Below the pieces are notes generated by a model that saw only the letters and a program-made list of their open reading frames with translations, made no database searches and was not told where the DNA came from. Positions 48,239-56,277 of a stretch of 64,000 nt of DNA are shown here, piece by piece. The stretch's first letter is position 1, and each line of letters starts with the position of its first letter. The position numbers and the translations under genes were made by a program. This DNA is from Myxococcales bacterium (GTDB lineage: Bacteria; Myxococcota_A; Polyangia; Polyangiales; Polyangiaceae), in NCBI GenBank assembly GCA_043747615.1, contig JAYTOU010000037.1, positions 1 through 64,000 of the forward strand, in the 5' to 3' direction.

Positions 48239-49629
48239 TCGGCCCTCACCAGGCGGCCCGAGCGTGGCGCTCCGTCACGCGGCGTCACGAAAGTGATCAC
48301 CCGTTTATCGAACGGAAGAAATTGGTAGAAGGCGTCGCGCACGTCTTCGACGAGCACCGACTGCCGAGCCGCGAGCTCCGGGCCGATATAGTCCGGAGTA
48401 CCGGCGTACTGGTTGTACGAGTTGAGGAGGTCCGCCCGCGACGAGAAGCGCTCCGCACCATAGACGTTCGACATGAGGAGCCTCGCGCGTCCGATGGAGA
48501 ATGCCACGCGGTCCGCGCGCCAGGCCCGCGCGTAGTCGAGGGTGACGTCGAGCTCTTTCAGAACGCGATCGAGAGGCTCGTTCGGCAGAGCGGTGACCGT
48601 CACTTCGAGCACGCTCGCGAGCTGCCCCGCCTGCAGCGAAACATTGACCGCATCGGCCACCTTCTCGCGCTTCACCAGGTTCTCCCAGAGCCATCCTTGA
48701 AGGACTCCGCGCCCGACCTCAAGCTCCTTGTGCCCCGGCGCGTAGCGAGGGGGCACCGGCCACGACGCGACGACCAGTCCGCGCTGTACGTCGGCTTCGA
48801 CGAAGAGACGCTTCTCGCGCGCAAGCGAGGACAGCGTGGGATCTCGCTGAATGGGAGGCGCCTTGGCCGGCGGGATCGCGCCAAAGTACTTGAAGATAAG
48901 CTCCTTCGTGCGCGCGCTTTCGAAGTCGCCGACCAGCACCAAGGTGGCGTTGTTTGGCACGTAGAAGGTGCGGAAGAATGCGCGCACCTCGTCGAGCTTG
49001 GCCGCATTGAGCTGCGCTTCATCGCCGATGGGAAGATGGCTGTACGGGTGCGCACCCGGAAACAGAACGGGGTAGATGAGCGAGTCGACCTGCCCAAACA
49101 GCGCATTTTCGTTGCGCTGGCGAAACTCGTTCTTCACGACGTTGCGTTCGCGCTCGAACGCATGTTGATTCAGGCCGTCGAGCAAGAACGCCATGCGATC
49201 GCTCTCGAGCCACAGCCCGAGCTCGAGGTGGTCCGCCGGTACGGTCTCGAAATAATTCGTGCGATCGAACGAGGTCGTCGCGTTCACGTCGTGGCAGCCG
49301 ACGTCCCTCAACTTCGCCGTGAACTCTCCCTCGGCGACGTGGCGCGATCCCCCGAACATCAAGTGCTCGAAGAGATGCGCAAAGCCCGCCCGCCCCGGAG
49401 GGTCGTCTTTCGATCCCACGTGGTACCAAATGTTCAAAGCCACCGTGGGGCTCTTGTGATCCTCCTGCAGAATCACCTCGAGCCCGTTGTCTAGTCGGTA
49501 GCGCGTCGTCGGAAGACGGACCGCCGTCGGAAATGCGTAGTCCAGCACGTACGGCGACTTCGCCGGTGCGCACGCGAAGGAACATGCGACCGCCGCAACG
49601 ATCACCCACCTCACCAACCCCATCGTCAT
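48235..49629 (-). CDS. M16 zinc peptidase, catalytic subunit (lipoprotein)
   Basis: LDNGL, WYHVGS, GFAHLFEHLMF, NATTSFDRTNY, YVPNNA. Confidence 0.93.
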   Translation of the reverse strand: MTMGLVRWVIVAAVACSFACAPAKSPYVLDYAFPTAVRLPTTRYRLDNGLEVILQEDHKSPTVALNIWYHVGSKDDPPGRAGFAHLFEHLMFGGSRHVAEGEFTAKLRDVGCHDVNATTSFDRTNYFETVPADHLELGLWLESDRMAFLLDGLNQHAFERERNVVKNEFRQRNENALFGQVDSLIYPVLFPGAHPYSHLPIGDEAQLNAAKLDEVRAFFRTFYVPNNATLVLVGDFESARTKELIFKYFGAIPPAKAPPIQRDPTLSSLAREKRLFVEADVQRGLVVASWPVPPRYAPGHKELEVGRGVLQGWLWENLVKREKVADAVNVSLQAGQLASVLEVTVTALPNEPLDRVLKELDVTLDYARAWRADRVAFSIGRARLLMSNVYGAERFSSRADLLNSYNQYAGTPDYIGPELAARQSVLVEDVRDAFYQFLPFDKRVITFVTPRDGAPRSGRLVRAE

Positions 49630-49693
49630 TGAATTAAACTAGTCTATCTTCGCTTTTTCCGCCGCGAGGAACTCGGTGCCGAGCCGCGAAGGC

Positions 49694-50797
49694 CTAGATG
49701 CCGCGCATAGTTTCCGCGATCAGCCAGTCGACGACTTCCTTGGGGTTCTTCGTCTTCTCGAAGACCTCGATCTGGCGGTGCGCGCTCGAGCCGTTCTTCG
49801 CGATGTGGACGATGCGCTCCATCTTGTTCTTGGTGCCGAAGATCGAGGTGGTCTCGTCGACGAACTCGATGAGCTCGTGGACGAGATCGATGAACGGCCG
49901 CTCCTCGCTCCGCCCGAAGTCGATCATCTGGGCTTCCGTTCCGAAGCGGAGGGCGCGCCATTTGTTCTCTTCGATGAGCGACCGCGGATAGGTGCGCCAC
50001 GACGTGTTGCGACGGTACATGAGGTACAGCTTTGCCATCAGCGCCTGAACGAGCGCCACGATGGCCACGGTGTCTTCCATGTTCGTCGGCATGTCGCAGA
50101 TGCGAACTTCGACCGTGTCGTAGAGGTGGTGCGAGCGAACGTCCCACCAGATCTTCTTCCCGTTGTCGATGCAACCGGTGCGAATGAGCAGGTCGACGAA
50201 GTTCTTCAATTGCTCAGGGCTGTCGAATTCGTCGGGGATGCCGGTGCGCGGAAACCGCTTGAAAATCTGGGTCCGCGTGCTCATGAGGCCGGTGCGGCGG
50301 CCCATCCAGAACGGCGAGCTGCACGTGAGCGCAAGGAGGTGCGGCAGGAAGTAACGAACCTGGTTCGCGAGCGCGAGGGCCACGCTCTTCTCTTTGATGC
50401 CCACGTGAATGTGGAGACCGAAGACGAGGTTGGCGCGGGCGACGTCTTGGAGATCGTGGACGATGTTGTGGTAGCGCGCGTCCTCGGTGATCTGCTGCGT
50501 CTTCCAATCGCTGAATGGGTGCGTGGATGCAGCGATGATGCGCAGCCCGCCCTTGCGCGCCAAGCGATCGAGCTCGCCGCGCATCTCGATGAGCTCGGAG
50601 CGAACGGCCGCGACGTCGTTGCAGACGGTGGTGCCGACCTCGACCATGGATTGATGCATCTCGGTGCGCACCCGCTCGCGGAGCACGGATTTGCCATCTT
50701 CGAGGATCCGGCTGATGTACGAACGGAGCTCGCGCGTCTCCGGATGGACGATCTGGTACTCCTCCTCGACGCCGAGGGTGAACTGTCCATCAATCAT
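49694..50797 (-). CDS. Carboxylate-amine ligase, YbdK/GCS2 family
   Basis: FTLGVEEEYQ, EVGT, THPF, FGLHIHVG, SSPFW, IWWDVR, EVRICD, ENKWRALRFG. Confidence 0.95.
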   Translation of the reverse strand: MIDGQFTLGVEEEYQIVHPETRELRSYISRILEDGKSVLRERVRTEMHQSMVEVGTTVCNDVAAVRSELIEMRGELDRLARKGGLRIIAASTHPFSDWKTQQITEDARYHNIVHDLQDVARANLVFGLHIHVGIKEKSVALALANQVRYFLPHLLALTCSSPFWMGRRTGLMSTRTQIFKRFPRTGIPDEFDSPEQLKNFVDLLIRTGCIDNGKKIWWDVRSHHLYDTVEVRICDMPTNMEDTVAIVALVQALMAKLYLMYRRNTSWRTYPRSLIEENKWRALRFGTEAQMIDFGRSEERPFIDLVHELIEFVDETTSIFGTKNKMERIVHIAKNGSSAHRQIEVFEKTKNPKEVVDWLIAETMRGI

Positions 50798-51816
50798 CAG
50801 GCGCGCCCTTCGGGGGGAGAGGCTCGCCCTGCGGCGGGGGACGACGTGCCCATGGGAACGTGGTCGCAGAGACCTGCGGGGCGCGGGACGGGGTTGGCGA
50901 GGTACTGACGGAAGGCGTAGTCGCCATGGTTCGTGCGGCCGTCGCGCGCCGCCGCGATCGCGAACTTCGCCATCTCGTCGACCACGATGTGGAAATACTT
51001 GGGAAGAATGGCGCGGACATCCATGTCGGGGGCGGGGTTCGTGAAATCGATGGCGTAAGGGACACCGTCTTTACAGGCAAATTCCACGGAGTTCATGTCG
51101 TAACCGAGGGCGTGATTGAGGGCCCAGGCCCCGTCGAGAACCTTCTTCTCGAGCGCCTTCGGCAGGAAGCCGTCGGTCTCCACGTAGCAGCGGCGACGCG
51201 GATCATACTTGATGGGAAGGATGAAATCTTTCCCGATGCAAATGCAGCGCACGTACTCGTCGAAGTCGACGTACTCCTGAAGCGTCATCACCAGCTGATG
51301 GCTGCGGTTGTAGTCGCGGAGCAGCTCGGTCATGTTGTTGACGCGCGACACGTTCTTCCAGCCGCCGCCGTCCGCCGGCTTCATGATCATCGGAAACTTT
51401 ACGTAGTCCGCGATCTTCTCCCAATCGAGCGGGTACTCGAGATTGCGGAGCGACCGCTCGGGATCGATCGACGACGCGTAGGAGTGCGACGGCAAGAGTA
51501 CCGTTCGCGGGACGGCGACACCGAGCTTCGCGGCGAGAGAGAAGCCGAAGAACTTATCGTCGGCGCTCCACCACAGGGGATCGTTGATCACGTAGGTGCC
51601 GGCGAGCGATGCGGCCTTCAAGTGAAAGCGGTAAAACGGGACCTCGTGGCTCAGGCGATCGATGAGCACCCGGTACTCGGGGTCGAAACCTTGGGCCTGC
51701 GTGCCGCCGAACTTTGCGATTTCCGCGCGAAATCCGGGCGTTTCGTTGACTTTGGCGATGAAGGCCTGGGGAAACGAGTCTTCCCAGCCGACCACGATTC
51801 CGATTCGATCCGTCAC
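50797..51816 (-). CDS. RimK-like ATP-grasp ligase (paralog B)
   Basis: DRLSHEV, VINDPLWWSADDKFF, PRTVLLPS, MKPADGGGWKNV, SVEFA...YAIDFTNPAPD. GGAGGAGG RBS before GTG 51816. Confidence 0.9.
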   Translation of the reverse strand: MTDRIGIVVGWEDSFPQAFIAKVNETPGFRAEIAKFGGTQAQGFDPEYRVLIDRLSHEVPFYRFHLKAASLAGTYVINDPLWWSADDKFFGFSLAAKLGVAVPRTVLLPSHSYASSIDPERSLRNLEYPLDWEKIADYVKFPMIMKPADGGGWKNVSRVNNMTELLRDYNRSHQLVMTLQEYVDFDEYVRCICIGKDFILPIKYDPRRRCYVETDGFLPKALEKKVLDGAWALNHALGYDMNSVEFACKDGVPYAIDFTNPAPDMDVRAILPKYFHIVVDEMAKFAIAAARDGRTNHGDYAFRQYLANPVPRPAGLCDHVPMGTSSPAAGRASPPEGRA

Positions 51817-51829
51817 GACTTCCTCCTCC

Positions 51830-51885
51830 AAACCTCAACGCCCTCAGTTGCCGGGCAAAACCTCAACGCCCTCAGTTGCCGGGCA
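51830..51885. repeat. Perfect 28-bp tandem duplication (AAACCTCAACGCCCTCAGTTGCCGGGCA x2)
   Basis: Copies at 51830-51857 and 51858-51885 fill the gap between the GATase stop and the next RBS. Confidence 0.95.
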
Positions 51886-51887
51886 GG

Positions 51888-52796
51888 CTATACGGCGACA
51901 TCGAACTCTTGCATGTCGAGCTCGGGCGACGCGATTGACTTGTACCCACGCTCGGCAGCCAGCGCGTTGAACCGGTAGGTGAGCCAGCCGGGAATGCAAA
52001 GTGCGAACGTGCGGGCGAGGCGCTCCGGATTGGCGAGGCTCTTGATCATCCGATCGTACAGGACGCGCCCGTACGCACCTTCCACAGCGAGGGCATGCTC
52101 GGGCTTCTCTATCCAGGTGAGCACACCGCGCTTGTCCGCTTCGGGATGAAACTGGGTGCCGTCGATCCCCGGACCGAAGTTCATGCCGAGGATCGCTTCG
52201 CCTGTGTTGACGACGCCTTTGGCGTGCGACTCCATCGCCGTGATCTCGCCGCCGAGCTCCCGCAGGCGCGCCGCGTCGGCGTTGACGGCTTCCCAGTTTC
52301 GGTGCTCCCACGTGAAGAGGCGGTAGCCGAAGGGGCGCAAAAAATCGGCCGATTGGCCACGCTCGGTGAGGTAGGCGGGCATCACTCCGAACTTCAACGT
52401 CGGACGGCGACGCATCTCGCACACCTTGAAATGCAGGACGGCGAGCTCGAAGGAGTGGCAGACGACGAGGAGCTTTGGCGAGGCGACCGCGTCCCTCAAG
52501 TTGGCGGCGCGAACGTCGTCCATGAAGTTGCGAAAGCCGAGACCCCACGCGTCGTCGAAGCCGTCATGCGGAGCGCCTGGCCCCCCTCCCGACAAGATGA
52601 AGTCGTAGCTCGCGTCTGGCAGCTCGCCGAGATTACGCGGCTGAACGTGCTTCGTGGTGACACCGAGCTCCGGATTCGCGGCCGTTACCCGCTTCTGGAA
52701 AGCGTCGATGATGCGACGGAAGCACCGCGTGGCCTGGTTGGCGACGCCATTGTTCATGTCTACGAGGCAAACACGAAGCGTGGGAGAAGCGCTCAT
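51888..52796 (-). CDS. Class I glutamine amidotransferase-like protein
   Basis: SGGGPG oxyanion strand, VCHSFE (Cys nucleophile), GTQFHPE. Confidence 0.9.
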   Translation of the reverse strand: MSASPTLRVCLVDMNNGVANQATRCFRRIIDAFQKRVTAANPELGVTTKHVQPRNLGELPDASYDFILSGGGPGAPHDGFDDAWGLGFRNFMDDVRAANLRDAVASPKLLVVCHSFELAVLHFKVCEMRRRPTLKFGVMPAYLTERGQSADFLRPFGYRLFTWEHRNWEAVNADAARLRELGGEITAMESHAKGVVNTGEAILGMNFGPGIDGTQFHPEADKRGVLTWIEKPEHALAVEGAYGRVLYDRMIKSLANPERLARTFALCIPGWLTYRFNALAAERGYKSIASPELDMQEFDVAV

Positions 52797-52870
52797 TGAC
52801 CTTAACATTGTAGTAAGAACCGGCACCGGTAGCACGAAAACCCGGCTAATGGTGGGTGTTAAGGACTCCG

Positions 52871-54094
52871 ATGAAGAAGGAACGATGCACGGAAACTCGG
52901 GATTCGCAGATCCCCGAAGCGGGAGATCGGCGCAGCGAGCGCCTTTCCACGGTGGGACCCGTCGCGGCGTCCATCGACAGCGGGCACCAGCCGCTCCCGA
53001 TCATCGAGCGGATTGGCGGCGATCCGCGGTTCACGGGCCGGGGCGTCGTAGCGGCATTTCTCGACGCCGGGTTCTACGCGCACCCCGACCTCACGATGCC
53101 GCACTCCCGCATACACGCCTACCATGATCTCATCGGTGGTCACGACGGCACCCCTCTCCTCGATGTGCCGGACGCCTCGTCGTGGCACGGGATGATGTCG
53201 ACGGTGATCGCCGCCGGAAACGGAACGATGTCGCAAGGCCGGTTTCGCTCGCTCGCGCCGGACCTCGGGCTCGTGCTCGTGAAAGTGGGAACCCTCTCGC
53301 GCGTGCACCACGACGACATCGCCCGGGGGATCGAGTGGGCCCTCGTCAACCGCTCGCGCTACGACATCCGGATCCTCAACATTTCCGCGGGTGGCGACTA
53401 CGAAGCTTCGTACCTCGACGACGTCATGTCGCGCTTCGCGGAAGCGGCCATTCGAGCCGGAATCGTGGTGATCGCGGCCGTCGGCAACAGCGGCCATCGC
53501 CCAGGCTACGTAGTGCCGCCCGCGAGCGTGCCCGCGGTCATCAGCGTGGGGGGGCTCGACGACGCAGGCGATCCCGAGCGCGGGCGCGTCACCGGATACC
53601 GCTCCTCGTACGGTCCGACGATCGACGGTCTGCAAAAGCCAGAGGTGATCACGCTCGCCGATTGGCTCCCTGCACCGATTCTTCCGGGGACGCCGACCTC
53701 GAAGCAGGCGGTGCTCCTCGCGAAGCTTCATAAGACCCCAGACGACCAGCTCCGCAACGTGATCGAAAAATACCGCGGAGTCTTCGCCGCCCTCGACGAA
53801 GCGAGGGACCAGCCCGCGTACTTGATCCGGCAGATCATCGCCGCCGGATTGAAGGACGGGCTGGTCATCAACGAGCACTACAAGATGGTCGACGGCACCA
53901 GCTTCTCGGCGCCCATCGTGACGAGCGTCGTCGCCCAAATGCTCGAGGCGAACCCGCGGCTCAGGCCATCGGACGTGAAACGCATTCTTCTTCAGACCGC
54001 GAAGCGGCTCCCGAACCTGGAGGTAGACCGCCAAGGCTGGGGCGCGGTCCAACCGAGGGCCGCCGTCGCGCGCGCCCTCGAGTGGGCAAAATAA
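52871..54094 (+). CDS. Intracellular S8 (subtilisin/AprX-like) serine protease
   Basis: FLDAG (Asp), WHGMM (His), AAVGNSG, DGTSFSAP (Ser). No signal peptide. Confidence 0.93.
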   Translation: MKKERCTETRDSQIPEAGDRRSERLSTVGPVAASIDSGHQPLPIIERIGGDPRFTGRGVVAAFLDAGFYAHPDLTMPHSRIHAYHDLIGGHDGTPLLDVPDASSWHGMMSTVIAAGNGTMSQGRFRSLAPDLGLVLVKVGTLSRVHHDDIARGIEWALVNRSRYDIRILNISAGGDYEASYLDDVMSRFAEAAIRAGIVVIAAVGNSGHRPGYVVPPASVPAVISVGGLDDAGDPERGRVTGYRSSYGPTIDGLQKPEVITLADWLPAPILPGTPTSKQAVLLAKLHKTPDDQLRNVIEKYRGVFAALDEARDQPAYLIRQIIAAGLKDGLVINEHYKMVDGTSFSAPIVTSVVAQMLEANPRLRPSDVKRILLQTAKRLPNLEVDRQGWGAVQPRAAVARALEWAK

Positions 54095-54110
54095 GGCTCG
54101 CTAAGGCCGC

Positions 54111-55268
54111 CTACGGGTGGTGACGGTGGCGGTCCTTCGGGCCGACTTTCAAGAAGCCGTGCTCCTCGAAGTCGACGATCATTTTTTGGATGTGCTCCAT
54201 GTCGAGCTCGCGGCCGAGCGCGCGGGCGGCGCGGCGGAGAATTTTTCGCTCCGGGAGACCGACCTCTTTGTCGACGGCGGCTGCAACTTCGAGGGCATGG
54301 AGAAAGCCGTCGCGCATGTGCTCGGGGACCTCGATGGCGATGCGCTCTTTCCAATCGGTCTCGTCTTCTACGAAGCGCGCGGTCACCGCACGGCGCATCA
54401 CTGGATCGAGCTTCTGCAGCTGGTGCGCGAGGCACGCGGTCTCTTCCGGGGCGAGCTTGCCGTCGGCGGTGAAGATGAACCACATACCTTCGATCAGGAG
54501 ATCGAGGTGCCCGCTGCACATGGCCTCGGCCTGGATCAGCGCGTCGTGCATCGCGCGCTGGTAGCGCATGTAGCGACGAAGGGTGTCGCCGAGGCGCCGG
54601 GTGAGCGTGTAGTTGGTGAAGGCCGAGGACGCGATTCCGAGAACCGGGATGATGTTGCGCATCACGCTCTCGCCGAGGACCCGGTGCCCGATGCGCTCCC
54701 CCACTTGCTCGCCCTCGAGGTGGGAGACCTCGTGAACCAGGTCTTTTCCAGGGTCTTCCGAGCCCGCTTCGTGATCGTGCGTACCAAAGGCGAGCGCGTA
54801 GAGGCGCCATAGATCGCCCTGATCATTTGGGTCGAAGCGTACGCCGAAGATGTCGGCGAGCTCGCACGTGAGATCGATGTGGACGAGCGAGCGGTACATC
54901 ATCTCGCCGCCGATGGTGACCGCCGCGATGGGCATGGCCACGATGCCGCCGAGCCCCTCGGTCTGCGCAGTGAAGAAGGTGGCGCCGGTGGAGACCATAC
55001 CCGCAGAAGCGCCGGTTACCGCGCTCTTCACCGCCGCCCAGCGGATGGCCCTGCGGGCGAGCTCGGGAGCGTCTCTCTCAGCGTCTGCGGAAGCGCTCTG
55101 GGCGCCCGCATGGCTTCGCTTTGCCTCGTGGCGTATCAAATACCAGCTGACGAGCTTCGGGAACCAGCCTTTCGCCGGGACGTTCTTCCCCGCAACTCCC
55201 ACCTGCTTGGCGAGTGCCTCTGGAGATGCGGAAATATCCTCGAAAACCGCTTCTTGGGACACTGTCAT
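54111..55268 (-). CDS. Hypothetical protein, EcsC-like N-terminal and TerB-like C-terminal region
   Basis: Small-residue hydrophobic hairpin, LADIFG..FD, IIPVLGI, then ADGKLAPEE and VDKEVGLPERKILRRAARALG. Confidence 0.65.
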   Translation of the reverse strand: MTVSQEAVFEDISASPEALAKQVGVAGKNVPAKGWFPKLVSWYLIRHEAKRSHAGAQSASADAERDAPELARRAIRWAAVKSAVTGASAGMVSTGATFFTAQTEGLGGIVAMPIAAVTIGGEMMYRSLVHIDLTCELADIFGVRFDPNDQGDLWRLYALAFGTHDHEAGSEDPGKDLVHEVSHLEGEQVGERIGHRVLGESVMRNIIPVLGIASSAFTNYTLTRRLGDTLRRYMRYQRAMHDALIQAEAMCSGHLDLLIEGMWFIFTADGKLAPEETACLAHQLQKLDPVMRRAVTARFVEDETDWKERIAIEVPEHMRDGFLHALEVAAAVDKEVGLPERKILRRAARALGRELDMEHIQKMIVDFEEHGFLKVGPKDRHRHHP

Positions 55269-55393
55269 CGGAGTTCAACTCTACCGGGAAATCGCCCTGA
55301 CGTCCGCGCCAATTATGATACGGTCAAGGTTTCCGCTAATTCTCGCGAGGGCACCAAATCACCGGCGTTCGAGCGCACAGGAGACCGTCTGAC

Positions 55394-55672
55394 ATGATCG
55401 GCGTTGGCATTGGATTCGTGGCGGGGTTTGCGAGTGGGTGGGCCGTCCGGAGCACCGTGGACACCTCGCGCGGCGTGGCAGTGAAAATGGTCGCGGCCTA
55501 TTACGCGACCACGGAGCGCGCAAAGCGGCTCGTCGCAATGGAACGAGAGCACCTCGAAGACCTCGTCGCCGAAGCGCGCGCCAGGTACGAGGGCGATCGC
55601 GCACGGAAGGCGGCAAAGAAGGGTGCCCCGCCGCGCTCCGCCGACGCGCCCCGAGCCGAACGAGCCGCGTGA
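55394..55672 (+). CDS. Small protein of a heavy-metal ATPase operon
   Basis: AGGAG RBS, N-terminal TM, EHLEDLVAEARA coiled segment. Confidence 0.7.
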   Translation: MIGVGIGFVAGFASGWAVRSTVDTSRGVAVKMVAAYYATTERAKRLVAMEREHLEDLVAEARARYEGDRARKAAKKGAPPRSADAPRAERAA

Positions 55673-56277
55673 ACCCGTCCCTTCCCGACGGGAGGGATGC
55701 ACCTGCCGGCCGCGAACGTGAAGCGCTCGTCATCGTCCATCACCATCCCGGTCGCATTCGCGTCAGGGCCGAGACGTTTCGCTACGGCGCGACGATCCTC
55801 GACCTGGTGCGCTCGAAGCTCGAAGCGATGCCGGGGATCATCCGTGTAACGAACAGTAGCCGCTCGGGCAGCATGCTCGTCGAGTACGAGCCGGGGCACG
55901 CTGAGCCCGATGCGATCCTCGGCGGCATCGCCGACGCCGCTGGGCTCGATCGGGCGATCGACGAGCGTGAGGCGAGAAGGCGTGATCCGGGACCGGGACT
56001 TGTCGCGGTCGAGGTGGTGCAAGAGCTCAACGCGATCGCGCACGAGCTCACCGGGTGGCGCGCCGACCTGCGCGTGATGGTACCCACCGCGCTCGCCGGG
56101 CTTGCTGCCGTGTCGTTCGCCGTTTCGAAGGAGACTCGCATTCCCCGCTGGGACAACCTTCTTTACTGGTCGTACACCATTTTTTCGTCGCTCCATCGCC
56201 AGGAGATCGAGCGCGTGCAGCAAGCGGTCGAAAAGGCCGGGGGTGCGTCCACGCCCTCCTCGATCCGGACTCCGTGA
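55669..56277 (+). CDS. HMA2-like domain protein
   Basis: IVHHHPGRIRVR...SGSMLVEY, C-terminal hydrophobic segment with PRWDNLLYW. GTGA overlap. Confidence 0.8.
   Translation: MNPSLPDGRDAPAGREREALVIVHHHPGRIRVRAETFRYGATILDLVRSKLEAMPGIIRVTNSSRSGSMLVEYEPGHAEPDAILGGIADAAGLDRAIDEREARRRDPGPGLVAVEVVQELNAIAHELTGWRADLRVMVPTALAGLAAVSFAVSKETRIPRWDNLLYWSYTIFSSLHRQEIERVQQAVEKAGGASTPSSIRTP

Noticed and set aside
51830..51885. 28-bp repeat as a mini CRISPR array
   Set aside because: The copies are directly adjacent with no spacer, and there are no cas genes in the window.
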